The notes under the pieces: generated by a model
Seen by the model: the letters and a program-made list of their open reading frames with translations, nothing else
Database searches by the model: none
Told to the model about the DNA's origin: nothing
Part shown: piece after piece, positions 51,323 through 61,023 of the stretch
Layout: each line of letters opens with the position of its first letter
Position numbering within the stretch: position 1 is the stretch's first letter
Assembly: GCA_963677435.1 (NCBI GenBank)
Contig: OY781945.1
Span: forward strand, 2,592,001 to 2,656,000
DNA length: 64,000 nt
Source of the DNA: an uncultured Aliarcobacter sp.
GTDB taxonomy: Bacteria > Campylobacterota > Campylobacteria > Campylobacterales > Arcobacteraceae
Direction: 5' to 3'
Position numbers and translations under genes: made by a program

Positions 51323-51392
51323 ATTATCTCTAGAAAAACATTAGAAGTGGTATTTATATTTATGATATAATATTCTTTATTAAGGAATAAAT

Positions 51393-52733
51393 ATGATAAG
51401 AAATACCTCTTCGGCTTTTAAAATCTCTATAATATATCTGATTTTTAGTCTTCTTTGGATTTATTTTTCAGACAATGCTATAAATTTTATAATTAAAGAC
51501 CCTATAAAACTTCAATTTGTGCAAACTATCAAAGGTCTATTTTTTGTAACATTTTCTTCTATTTTACTTTATCTATTATCAAAACAATTTTTTATTAATC
51601 TTCAAAAAGAAAAAGACAAACTTACTAACACAAATAATATATTAGAAAATATAATAGAAAATGCACCTATTATAATATTTTGGAAAGATAGAAATGGAAT
51701 TTACAGAGGCTCAAATAAACTATTTTTAGAATTAATGAATTTAGAAGATGAAAAAGAGCTATTAGGTAAAAAAGATTCTGATTTTAATATTATTGAAAAT
51801 GAAGATTTTATGAGTGATGATGAATATGTAATGACAAATAAAAAACCTAAATTAAATTATACAGAAACTATTAGTACAAAAAATGATGATATTAGAATAT
51901 TAAATACTTCAAAAGTTCCTTTATTAGATGAAAATGATAATGTAATTGGAGTGCTTGGAGTTATTCAAGACATAACTAATCAAATTAACAATCAAAATAA
52001 ATTAAAAGAGAATGAACTACTTTTAATTCAACAATCAAAATTAGCTTCTATGGGAGAAATGATTGCAAATATTGCCCATCAATGGAGACAACCATTGTCT
52101 ATTATTTCAACTTCTGCAACTGGTATTAAAATACAAAAAGAACTGGGAATGTTAGATGATGATTCAGAGATAAAAGCTCTTGATTGCATAAATGAGAATG
52201 CTCAATATTTATCAAATACAATAGAAGATTTTAGAGATTTTTTCAAAAAGAGTAAGATTAAAAGTTTAATCAATTTAGATGATTTATTGGAAAAGACATT
52301 AAAACTTATTCTTATTAGATTAAAAAATAAAGAGATAACTATTGTAAAAAACAGTTTTGATATTGAATTTGAAAGCTATGAAAGAGAAATGATTCAAGTT
52401 TTTATGAACATTATAAATAATTCAATAGATGCCTTTGAAAACAAAAATTATGATAAATTTATCTTTTTTGAAACTGAAAAATTTGAGAATAAAATTGTAA
52501 TAAAAATTAAAGATAATGCTGGTGGAATTGATGAACACATAATTGATAGAATTTTTGAACCATATTTTACAACAAAAGACCCAAAACAAGGGACAGGAAT
52601 TGGTTTATATATGTGTAATGAAATTGTACTAAAACATTTGAATGGAAAAATTTTTGTTGAAAATGAGACTTTTGATTATTTAGATAATAGATACAAAGGT
52701 AGTCAATTTACAATTGAAATACCTTTGATATAA
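51393..52733 (+). CDS. PAS-domain sensor histidine kinase
   Basis: Two TM, PAS (FWKD), IAHQWRQPL, DNAGG, GTGIGLY. Confidence 0.93.
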   Translation: MIRNTSSAFKISIIYLIFSLLWIYFSDNAINFIIKDPIKLQFVQTIKGLFFVTFSSILLYLLSKQFFINLQKEKDKLTNTNNILENIIENAPIIIFWKDRNGIYRGSNKLFLELMNLEDEKELLGKKDSDFNIIENEDFMSDDEYVMTNKKPKLNYTETISTKNDDIRILNTSKVPLLDENDNVIGVLGVIQDITNQINNQNKLKENELLLIQQSKLASMGEMIANIAHQWRQPLSIISTSATGIKIQKELGMLDDDSEIKALDCINENAQYLSNTIEDFRDFFKKSKIKSLINLDDLLEKTLKLILIRLKNKEITIVKNSFDIEFESYEREMIQVFMNIINNSIDAFENKNYDKFIFFETEKFENKIVIKIKDNAGGIDEHIIDRIFEPYFTTKDPKQGTGIGLYMCNEIVLKHLNGKIFVENETFDYLDNRYKGSQFTIEIPLI

Positions 52734-52737
52734 TTCT

Positions 52738-54018
52738 TTATTTTATATGTTTTAAAATCTCTTCTTTATCAGAAAAGGGAAATTTCTTATCATAAATAGT
52801 TTGAGTTGCTTCATCACCTTTACCAAGAACTAAAACAACAGAATTTTCATTTGCCATTTCCATAGCTTTTTTTATTGCTTCTTTTCTATTGATTTCAACT
52901 TGAACATTTCCATGATTTTTTATTCCAGCTAAAATATCTTGAATAATTAAATCAGGATCTTCAAACCTTGGATTATCACTAGTTACAATTATATGTTTTG
53001 AATACATCCCAGCTATTTGTCCCATTAATGGACGCTTTAGTTTATCTCTATCCCCACCTGCACCAAATACGCAAATAATCTCTTTTTCAGGAAAGCTTTG
53101 TAAAACCTCTTTCATTCCATCTGGTGTATGTGCAAAATCTACAATTACTAAAGGATTAGTACAAACTGTTTCCATTCTTCCACTAACTCCTGCAAATCCT
53201 TCAAGAGCTTCGCAAATCTCATCAAGTGGTTTTTGTGTTGTAATATGAGCGGCTGCAACAGCTGCCATTAGATTGTAAACATTAAAAATTCCCATCATAT
53301 TTGAAGAGAACGAATGCATTGAACCAAAATGTGAGAACATAACATGAGTACCATTTTTAAAAGAGTACGCTGTTACTTTATAAGTTGATGGTTCATCTAA
53401 AGAGTAGGCAAAACCATTTGTACTATTATATTTAACTACTTTGTCATCTTTATTTATTAACTTTTTACTATCATCATCAAAAAAAGAGTTTTTAACTCTA
53501 ATATATTCGTCAATAGTTTTATGATAATCAAGATGATCTCTTGTTATATTTGTATGAATTTTAAGAGCGAACTCTAAACCTTCAATTCTTTTTTGCTCAA
53601 TCGCATGGGAACTTACTTCCATAACAAAAAAGTCACAAGCATTTTTTATAGCTTGTTGTATATGAGCAAAATTTCCAAGTTGAACAGGAGTCGTTAAAGA
53701 GTAATCTTCAACTCTTTCATCATTGATGAAAAACCCACGAGTTCCTTGAAGAGCTACTTTATATCCTAAATCAAGTAATATTGAATAAATAGCAGCAGCA
53801 GTTGTTGTTTTACCATTTGTTCCTGTTATTCCAATAACTTTGATACTTGACATATCTAAATGATTTTTCAACTCATTTGCTGTTATAATCTCTTTACAAC
53901 CATTTGCTATTGCACTATCTTTAAACTTCTCATTTTGTTTTGAAACCACAAAAACAGAATTTTCATCTGCTTCATTTGAATTGTCCGTATAAACTTTATT
54001 ATTTATGATTAACTGCAA
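52738..54018 (-). CDS. murE: UDP-MurNAc-tripeptide synthetase (mDAP)
   Basis: GITGTNGKTT, MEVSSH, DFAHTPD, SDNPR. Confidence 0.96.
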   Translation of the reverse strand: MQLIINNKVYTDNSNEADENSVFVVSKQNEKFKDSAIANGCKEIITANELKNHLDMSSIKVIGITGTNGKTTTAAAIYSILLDLGYKVALQGTRGFFINDERVEDYSLTTPVQLGNFAHIQQAIKNACDFFVMEVSSHAIEQKRIEGLEFALKIHTNITRDHLDYHKTIDEYIRVKNSFFDDDSKKLINKDDKVVKYNSTNGFAYSLDEPSTYKVTAYSFKNGTHVMFSHFGSMHSFSSNMMGIFNVYNLMAAVAAAHITTQKPLDEICEALEGFAGVSGRMETVCTNPLVIVDFAHTPDGMKEVLQSFPEKEIICVFGAGGDRDKLKRPLMGQIAGMYSKHIIVTSDNPRFEDPDLIIQDILAGIKNHGNVQVEINRKEAIKKAMEMANENSVVLVLGKGDEATQTIYDKKFPFSDKEEILKHIK

Positions 54019-54592
54019 GTTTTTTCTCTTCTAATTTTTTATATAATTTTTCAATCTCTTCATCATAAGAGAAATATTCATTAAATCCATCTAAATATAT
54101 ATATGCTGTACTATTAAAATCATTATCGATTAATTTAGTTACAAAGTCAAAAAAATCATCTTTATTCTCAATTGCTACTTTTGTTGAAAACATTATATCT
54201 TCAAAAGCAATTCTAAATGAACCTCTTGATTCTATTAATTTTTTAAAATCTTCATATCTTATTGCATCAAGTGATTCAACAGTTGAATTACTTAATTCTT
54301 TTAATACATTCATCATTTTATCAATATCACCATCATAAGCATTAACAACATCTTCTACATATCTTATTGCTTCTTCAAGATTTTCATCTTTTACAATACT
54401 AAAATAATCATAAAGTGAAATTGCTTTTTCTTCATCTTCACTAGCAATATCACAAAATAATGCATATATTGGATACTCTTTATTTTGTGGAAAATTTGAT
54501 GAGAGTTGAGAATATAAAAACAATGCTTTATTAAACTCTTTTTGAGTGAAAAAGCTATTTGCTTCATTTAATACTCTACTTTCATTTATCAT
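53999..54592 (-). CDS. Conserved hypothetical helical (TPR-like) protein
   Basis: Overlaps both neighbours in the operon; FEDIMFSTK. Confidence 0.7.
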   Translation of the reverse strand: MINESRVLNEANSFFTQKEFNKALFLYSQLSSNFPQNKEYPIYALFCDIASEDEEKAISLYDYFSIVKDENLEEAIRYVEDVVNAYDGDIDKMMNVLKELSNSTVESLDAIRYEDFKKLIESRGSFRIAFEDIMFSTKVAIENKDDFFDFVTKLIDNDFNSTAYIYLDGFNEYFSYDEEIEKLYKKLEEKKLAVNHK

Positions 54593-54870
54593 TAAAATTC
54601 CTCTAATTTATTTTCCATACCTTGTGGTACATTAACTATTTGTAATTCTGGATGAATCGCTGATTTCAACTCTTTTTCAACTATATATTTTAATGTACTA
54701 CCACTTGCACTACATCCAACACATGCACCTTTTAATTGTACAAAAACCTTAGCATTTTTGATATCTAATAGTTCAATTGCTCCACCATCTCGTGCAAGCA
54801 TTGGGGCAATTTTATTTTTTATAATTGAACTTACAGGATCTTTTAAATCTTCATCTGTAAATGGCATCAT
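54592..54870 (-). CDS. NifU/Nfu family Fe-S carrier
   Basis: DGGAIEL, GACVGC. Confidence 0.9.
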   Translation of the reverse strand: MMPFTDEDLKDPVSSIIKNKIAPMLARDGGAIELLDIKNAKVFVQLKGACVGCSASGSTLKYIVEKELKSAIHPELQIVNVPQGMENKLEEF

Positions 54871-54871
54871 T

Positions 54872-54985
54872 TTATTTTACCTCTTTTGCTTTCTTCTTTA
54901 CAAAATATATTCCAATAGCTATAAGTACGAGAATTACAGCTATGGTTTGGAATACAAAAGTAAGTGTTACTTCTTCTTGAAACAT
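54872..54985 (-). CDS. 37-aa single-pass membrane protein (not in ORF track)
   Basis: AGGA RBS; MFQEEVTLTFVFQTIAVILVLIAIGIYFVKKKAKEVK; fills the ileS-nfu gap. Confidence 0.7.
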   Translation of the reverse strand: MFQEEVTLTFVFQTIAVILVLIAIGIYFVKKKAKEVK

Positions 54986-54992
54986 TTTATTC

Positions 54993-57743
54993 CTATTTTA
55001 AAACTTCTTCACATCTATTACAAAGTGTTTCTTCTTTAACAGCTGTAAACTTCCAACATCTTGGACATTTATGCTCAATTGCTTTATATACTTCAAAAAC
55101 ATTTCCATCTATTTGGAAACTTCCAAGTATATCAGAGTTTTGTTTATCTTTTGTTACAGCACTTACTAAGAACCAATCACTTGATTCTACTTCATCTAAA
55201 GCTATTATATCTTCACAATTAGTATAAATCATTAGTTCAAGTGTAGATTTTATAACTTTTTCTTTACTTAAAGCATCTTTTATTTCAGAGAACTTCTCTT
55301 TTGCAGCAAATAAAGTAGCTTCATTAATAGTTACTTCAACATTTGGTAATTCAACTTTTTTATAATCAAATATATCTTCACAATCACCTTTTATAAATGC
55401 AGGTGCAAAAGCTAATAACTCATCCATTGTATAAGTTAAAATTGGAGCCATTGTAGAGATTAATTTTTTAGCGATTAATGCCATTGCACTTTGAGATGCA
55501 AGTCTGTGAATATCATTTTTATCATCACAATATAATCTATCTTTACAAACATCTAAATAAATTCCAGATAAATCAACAACTAAAAAGTTATTTAATTTAT
55601 TTAAACCTTTTGAAAATTCGTATACATTAAATGAAGCTTCAATTTCATCAAATACTTTTTTAGCTTTATTTACAACCCATTTATCTAAAGGTCCCATTTT
55701 ATCAACTGATACAATCTCTTCTAAATCTGAAACATTTGCAAGTAAGAATCTTGCTGTGTTTCTGATTTTTCTATAAAGTTCTGCATTTTGTTTTAAGATA
55801 TTATCAGAGATTTTTAAATCAGATTGATAATCACTCATAGCAACCCAAAGTCTTAAAATTTCACTTCCATACTCTTTTAAAACTTTATCAGGAGCAACTA
55901 CATTTCCTTTAGATTTAGACATTTTTTCACCTTTTTCATCAACAGTGAATCCATGTGTTAAAATCGATTTATAAGGAGCGATTTCACTTGAAGCTAAAGT
56001 TGTTAAAAGTGAAGATTGAAACCAACCTCTATGTTGGTCACTTCCTTCTAAATACATATCAGCAGGGAAAGTTCCAGCATCATAGTTTCTAGATCTTAAA
56101 ACTGCATTTTGAGTTGAACCTGAGTCAAACCAAACATCTAAAATATCAACAGTTTTTTCTAAATCATCAGGATTTAATCCACTTCCTGGATATAGTAATT
56201 CTGAAATTTCTAAATCATACCAAGCATCACAACCTTTTTGTTCAAAAATCATAGCTGTGTAATTTAATACTTTTTCATCAAAAACAATCTCATCAGTTTT
56301 TTTATTTCTAAAAAATGCAATTGGAACACCCCAATCTCTTTGTCTTGAAATACACCAATCAGGTCTTCCTTCTAACATTGCTTTTAATCTATTTCTTCCC
56401 CATTCAGGATAGAAAGTTAAATCTTCAACAACTTTTAGTGCATTTTCTCTTAATGTTTTATTTTGTTTTCCATAATTATCATCAATAGAGATAAACCATT
56501 GTTTTGTTGCTCTAAAGATAATTGGAGTATGTGTTCTCCAACAGTGTGGATAAGAGTGTCTAATATCTACTCTTTTTAATAAAGCATCACCTAACTCTTC
56601 AAGAATTAAATCATTTGCTTTAAATACATTTAGTCCTAAATATTTTTCTGTATCTCTGAAAAGTTTTTCTCTAACTATTGTTTCATCATATTTTCCAAAC
56701 GCATCAACTGGCATGATTACATCTAAACCATAAACTAAACCAATTTTATAGTCATCTTCTCCATGTCCAGGAGCTGTATGAACTGCACCTGATCCTGAAT
56801 CCATCATAACATGTTCACCTAAAACAATTTTAGAAGTTCTTCCATTTAATGGATTTATTGCATTTGTATTTTCTAAATCTTTAGGATTTATAGTTTCAAC
56901 TATTTCACCTTTGATTACTTCATTCTCAATTAATGCATTATATAATTTTTTCGCCACAATAAATTTGTCACTTGTTTTTACATAATCTTCTTCACCATTT
57001 AATGAAATTCCTGTATTTGCAGGTAATGTCCAAGGTGTTGTTGTCCAAATAATAATACTTGCATCAATAGATTCATGTTTAAATGCCACATAAATTGATG
57101 GAGATGTTTTATCTTCATATTCAACTTCAGCTTCAGCAAGTGCTGTTTGAGCAGCCCAAGACCAATAAACTGGTTTGCTTCTTTGAATTAATAAACCTTG
57201 TTTTGCAATTGCACATAATTCTCTATAAATATTTGCTTCAAATTTAAAATCCATTGTTAAATAAGGATTTTCCCAATCAGCAATAACACCTAATTGTTTA
57301 AATTCACTTTTTTGAATATCAACAAATTTAGTTGCATGATCTCGACATAATTGTCTAAGTTTTGATTTTGGAAGTATTTTTTTCTTCTCTGAACCAATTT
57401 TTTCTTCTACTTTTTGTTCAATTGGTAATCCATGACAATCCCATCCTGGAACATATCTAATTGATTTTCCCTCAAAATAATGAAATTTATTAATAATATC
57501 TTTTAAAATTTTATTTAAAGCATGACCAATATGAATATTTCCATTTGCATAAGGAGGTCCATCATGAAGTGTAAATGATTCACAACCTACTCTATTTTTT
57601 TTCATCTTATCGTAAACTTTTTTCTCGTCCCACTGTTTATATTTAATGGGTTCATTGTTAGGAAGATTTCCTCTCATAGGAAAATCAGTTTTGGGAAGTA
57701 GTAAACTCTCTTTATAATCCATTATAACACCTTCATTTTTCAA
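54993..57743 (-). CDS. ileS: Isoleucine--tRNA ligase; likely start about 57722
   Basis: HDGPPYANGNIHIGH, GWDCHGLP, KMSKS, C-terminal Zn finger. Confidence 0.98.
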   Translation of the reverse strand: MKNEGVIMDYKESLLLPKTDFPMRGNLPNNEPIKYKQWDEKKVYDKMKKNRVGCESFTLHDGPPYANGNIHIGHALNKILKDIINKFHYFEGKSIRYVPGWDCHGLPIEQKVEEKIGSEKKKILPKSKLRQLCRDHATKFVDIQKSEFKQLGVIADWENPYLTMDFKFEANIYRELCAIAKQGLLIQRSKPVYWSWAAQTALAEAEVEYEDKTSPSIYVAFKHESIDASIIIWTTTPWTLPANTGISLNGEEDYVKTSDKFIVAKKLYNALIENEVIKGEIVETINPKDLENTNAINPLNGRTSKIVLGEHVMMDSGSGAVHTAPGHGEDDYKIGLVYGLDVIMPVDAFGKYDETIVREKLFRDTEKYLGLNVFKANDLILEELGDALLKRVDIRHSYPHCWRTHTPIIFRATKQWFISIDDNYGKQNKTLRENALKVVEDLTFYPEWGRNRLKAMLEGRPDWCISRQRDWGVPIAFFRNKKTDEIVFDEKVLNYTAMIFEQKGCDAWYDLEISELLYPGSGLNPDDLEKTVDILDVWFDSGSTQNAVLRSRNYDAGTFPADMYLEGSDQHRGWFQSSLLTTLASSEIAPYKSILTHGFTVDEKGEKMSKSKGNVVAPDKVLKEYGSEILRLWVAMSDYQSDLKISDNILKQNAELYRKIRNTARFLLANVSDLEEIVSVDKMGPLDKWVVNKAKKVFDEIEASFNVYEFSKGLNKLNNFLVVDLSGIYLDVCKDRLYCDDKNDIHRLASQSAMALIAKKLISTMAPILTYTMDELLAFAPAFIKGDCEDIFDYKKVELPNVEVTINEATLFAAKEKFSEIKDALSKEKVIKSTLELMIYTNCEDIIALDEVESSDWFLVSAVTKDKQNSDILGSFQIDGNVFEVYKAIEHKCPRCWKFTAVKEETLCNRCEEVLK

Positions 57744-57978
57744 AATATTTATAGTTTTTCATTAAATCGCAGATTATATCCAATTTAATTTAAAACTAAA
57801 TTTATCATAAATATCAAATAATAATTTTTTCAACTTATATCCAATGCAATTATGATTGAATGTTACTAAAATCTATAATTTATTTAGTATTTGCAAAATT
57901 TTAGATTCTATTTATCTAAAATGAAAAATTTATATGATAGAATCCAAAAATATTTCACAAAAAACATAGGAATGATAA

Positions 57979-59340
57979 ATGAATGAAAAACACTATGAGG
58001 TCGTAATTGTTGGTGGAGGAATCTCTGGAGCAGCTCTATTTTATGAGTTAGCTAAATATTCTACTGCTAAAAATATCTGTTTATTAGAAAAATATGAAGA
58101 TCTTGCTACTTTAAACTCAAAAGGTACAAGTAACTCACAAACTATCCACGTTGGTGACATCGAAACTAACTATACTTTAGATAAAGCTAAAATTACAAAA
58201 AGAACTGCAAAAATGATTGAAAAGTTTTGTTTACAATATAATTTACAAGACAAAATCATGTTTAAACACCAAAAAATGGCTTTAGGTGTTGGAGAAAAAG
58301 AAGTTGAATTTATTACAAAAAGATATCATGAATTTAAAGAAATTTTTCCATATTTAGAGTTATGGGATAAAGAAAAACTAAGAGAATTAGAACCAAAATT
58401 AGTTTATGCAGATAAAGAACAAACAAAAGACAGACCTGAACCAATAATTGCAATGGGTGCAAAAGACGAATACACTACTGTTGATTATGGTGAAATGACA
58501 AAAGAATTAGCAAAAGCAGGACAAAATGCTGATGCTTCTAAAACAACTGATATTTTCTTTAATTCAGAAGTTGAAGAGATTGAAAAAGTTGGTAATAAAT
58601 TTAAATTAACAACTGTTAATGGTACAGTTTACACAGCAGATTTTGTTGTTGTAGATGCAGGTGCTCACTCATTATACTTAGCTCATAAAATGGGTTATGG
58701 TAAACATATGGGTTCTTTATCAATGGCTGGATCATTCTACATCACAAATGGTGAGTTTTTAAATGGTAAAGTATACATGGTACAAAATGATAAATTACCA
58801 TTTGCAGCACTTCATGGAGATCCAGATATCTTAGAAAATGGTAAAACAAGATTTGGGCCAACTGCTCTTGCTTTATTAGTTTTAGAAAGATATAAAGGTG
58901 GAAAATCAATATTCCAATGTTTAAAAACTATGAATATTGATGGAAGCATTATAAAAATTTTCTGGGATTTATTAAAAGATTCAGAGATTAGAAATTATGT
59001 ATTTAAAAACTTCTTATTCGAAGTTCCTGGAATTAACAAAGGTTTATTTGTTAAAGATGCAAGAAAAATCGTTCCTTCATTAAGTGTTGATGATTTAGAA
59101 TATGCAAAAGGATTTGGTGGAGTTAGACCACAAGTTCTTAACAAAACTGAAAAAAAATTAATGCTTGGTGAAGCATCATTAAATGAAAATGGAATTATCT
59201 TTAATATGACTCCAAGTCCAGGTGCTACATCTTGTTTAGGTAATGCACAAAGAGATGTTAAAGTAATTTGTGATTATTTAAATCTTGAATTTGATGAAGC
59301 TGCTTTCTTAGCTGATTTAACTGATCCAGAAATCGCATAA
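57979..59340 (+). CDS. mqo: Malate:quinone oxidoreductase (Campylobacterota type)
   Basis: GGGISG, NSQTIH, LPFAALHGD, TPSPGATSCLGN. Confidence 0.85.
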   Translation: MNEKHYEVVIVGGGISGAALFYELAKYSTAKNICLLEKYEDLATLNSKGTSNSQTIHVGDIETNYTLDKAKITKRTAKMIEKFCLQYNLQDKIMFKHQKMALGVGEKEVEFITKRYHEFKEIFPYLELWDKEKLRELEPKLVYADKEQTKDRPEPIIAMGAKDEYTTVDYGEMTKELAKAGQNADASKTTDIFFNSEVEEIEKVGNKFKLTTVNGTVYTADFVVVDAGAHSLYLAHKMGYGKHMGSLSMAGSFYITNGEFLNGKVYMVQNDKLPFAALHGDPDILENGKTRFGPTALALLVLERYKGGKSIFQCLKTMNIDGSIIKIFWDLLKDSEIRNYVFKNFLFEVPGINKGLFVKDARKIVPSLSVDDLEYAKGFGGVRPQVLNKTEKKLMLGEASLNENGIIFNMTPSPGATSCLGNAQRDVKVICDYLNLEFDEAAFLADLTDPEIA

Positions 59341-59486
59341 TTTTTTATACTACAACTTATATCTATAAATAAGAGAAAATTCTCTTATTATAGATAATCC
59401 CTTAACTCATTTATAATACAACTAACCTTTTTTTAATCAAAAACATATAAAATACTTTAATAAATTAATTTTAAAGGCCAGATACA

Positions 59487-59993
59487 ATGTTTAATGATAT
59501 TTTTAATGAAAATGATATGATAACTCTTCAAGCTCTTTTAAAAGCAAATAAACAAACCATTACAACTGCTGAATCATGTACAGGTGGATTAGTTGCAAGC
59601 ATGATAACTAAAATCTCTGGCTCGTCTGAAATTTTTAATGGAAGTATAGTAAGTTATTCTAACAAAATAAAAAATCAAGAATTAAATGTGAAAAATGAAA
59701 CTCTTGAAACATTTGGAGCAGTTAGTTGTGAAGTTGTAAATGAGATGTTAGAAGGTGTAATTAATAAATTTCATGCAGATTTTGCTATTGCAATATCTGG
59801 AATTGCTGGACCAAATGGTGGTTCAAAACAGAAGCCTGTAGGCACAGTTGTAATTGGAATATCAGACTGTAATGCCCATAAAATAGTGAATGTCTATAAT
59901 TTCTTAGGTTCAAGAGAAGAAGTGCAAATTCAAGCTGCAAAACACTCTTTAAAAGAAATTTTGAAATTTCTTCAAAAATCTCTTGACAAATAA
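59487..59993 (+). CDS. CinA C-terminal / PncC NMN deamidase
   Basis: AESCTGG, GAVS, SGIAGPNGG, PVGTV. Confidence 0.92.
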   Translation: MFNDIFNENDMITLQALLKANKQTITTAESCTGGLVASMITKISGSSEIFNGSIVSYSNKIKNQELNVKNETLETFGAVSCEVVNEMLEGVINKFHADFAIAISGIAGPNGGSKQKPVGTVVIGISDCNAHKIVNVYNFLGSREEVQIQAAKHSLKEILKFLQKSLDK

Positions 59994-60011
59994 AAACAAA
60001 TGCACTATAAT
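59983..60011 (+). promoter_or_regulatory. Consensus sigma70 promoter of the tRNA operon
   Basis: TTGACA-17 nt-TATAAT. Confidence 0.9.
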
Positions 60012-60056
60012 TCCAGTCCAATTTAAGTAGAACAACTTAAAGAAGGACAACAATGT

Positions 60057-60132
60057 GACCCGTTAGCTCAGCCGGTAGAGCATCTCACTTTTAATGAGGG
60101 GGCCGATGGTTCGAATCCATCACGGGTCACCA
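60057..60132 (+). tRNA. tRNA-Lys(TTT)
   Basis: Cloverleaf, anticodon loop CTTTTAA, CCA end. Confidence 0.97.
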
Positions 60133-60158
60133 TTTTTTTAATTTTGTTACACAGTCTT

Positions 60159-60233
60159 GGCCCCTTCATCTAACGGTTAGGATTCATGGTTTTCATCCAT
60201 GCCACAGGGGTTCAAATCCCCTAGGGGTCACCA
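60159..60233 (+). tRNA. tRNA-Glu(TTC)
   Basis: Cloverleaf, anticodon loop TTTTCAT, CCA end. Confidence 0.96.
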
Positions 60234-60252
60234 AGTTTTCTTGTAACAAAAT

Positions 60253-60328
60253 GGTCGATTAGCTCAGTTGGTAGAGCGCTACCCTTACAAGGTAGATGTC
60301 ATAAGTTCGAGTCTTATATCGACCACCA
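60253..60328 (+). tRNA. tRNA-Val(TAC)
   Basis: Cloverleaf, anticodon loop CTTACAA, CCA end. Confidence 0.97.
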
Positions 60329-60417
60329 TTTTTAAAAGTTATAAAATGCAGTAGCATTAGATTTTTAAAGATTATTTTTGTGACTTCTATTTATTCTTAT
60401 AAATAGTATTTTAAAGT

Positions 60418-60494
60418 GCGGTTGTAGTTTAGTTGGTTAGAATGCCTGCCTGTCACGCAGGAGGTCGAGGGTTCGAGTCCCTTCAACCGCGCCA
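60418..60494 (+). tRNA. tRNA-Asp(GTC)
   Basis: Cloverleaf, anticodon loop CTGTCAC, CCA end. Confidence 0.97.
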
Positions 60495-60511
60495 CTTTTA
60501 TTTTGTTATGT

Positions 60512-60587
60512 GACCCGTTAGCTCAGCCGGTAGAGCATCTCACTTTTAATGAGGGGGCCGATGGTTCGAATCCATCACGGGTCACCA
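60512..60587 (+). tRNA. tRNA-Lys(TTT), copy 2
   Basis: Identical to 60057-60132. Confidence 0.97.
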
Positions 60588-60613
60588 TTTTTTTAATTTT
60601 GTTACACAGTCTT

Positions 60614-60688
60614 GGCCCCTTCATCTAACGGTTAGGATTCATGGTTTTCATCCATGCCACAGGGGTTCAAATCCCCTAGGGGTCACCA
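60614..60688 (+). tRNA. tRNA-Glu(TTC), copy 2
   Basis: Identical to 60159-60233. Confidence 0.96.
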
Positions 60689-60707
60689 AGTTTTCTTGTA
60701 ACAAAAT

Positions 60708-60783
60708 GGTCGATTAGCTCAGTTGGTAGAGCGCTACCCTTACAAGGTAGATGTCATAAGTTCGAGTCTTATATCGACCACCA
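60708..60783 (+). tRNA. tRNA-Val(TAC), copy 2
   Basis: Identical to 60253-60328. Confidence 0.97.
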
Positions 60784-60872
60784 TTTTTAAAAGTTATAAA
60801 ATGCAGTAGCATTAGATTTTTAAAGATTATTTTTGTGACTTCTATTTATTCTTATAAATAGTATTTTAAAGT

Positions 60873-60949
60873 GCGGTTGTAGTTTAGTTGGTTAGAATGC
60901 CTGCCTGTCACGCAGGAGGTCGAGGGTTCGAGTCCCTTCAACCGCGCCA
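60873..60949 (+). tRNA. tRNA-Asp(GTC), copy 2
   Basis: Identical to 60418-60494. Confidence 0.97.
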
Positions 60950-61023
60950 CTTTTAAAATCTTTCAAAGTAAATTCTCATATAAATCTTGATACTATACCT
61001 TCAATTAAAAAAAGGTTTCATTC

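Larger units (their letters stand above)
60053..60955 (+). repeat. Tandem duplication, 455-bp period
   Basis: 60053-60500 matches 60508-60955, including spacers. Confidence 0.95.

Noticed and set aside
60950..61023. Prophage or island integrated at the tRNA cluster
   Set aside because: No integrase and no partial tRNA 3' duplication (att site) downstream; flanking genes look chromosomal
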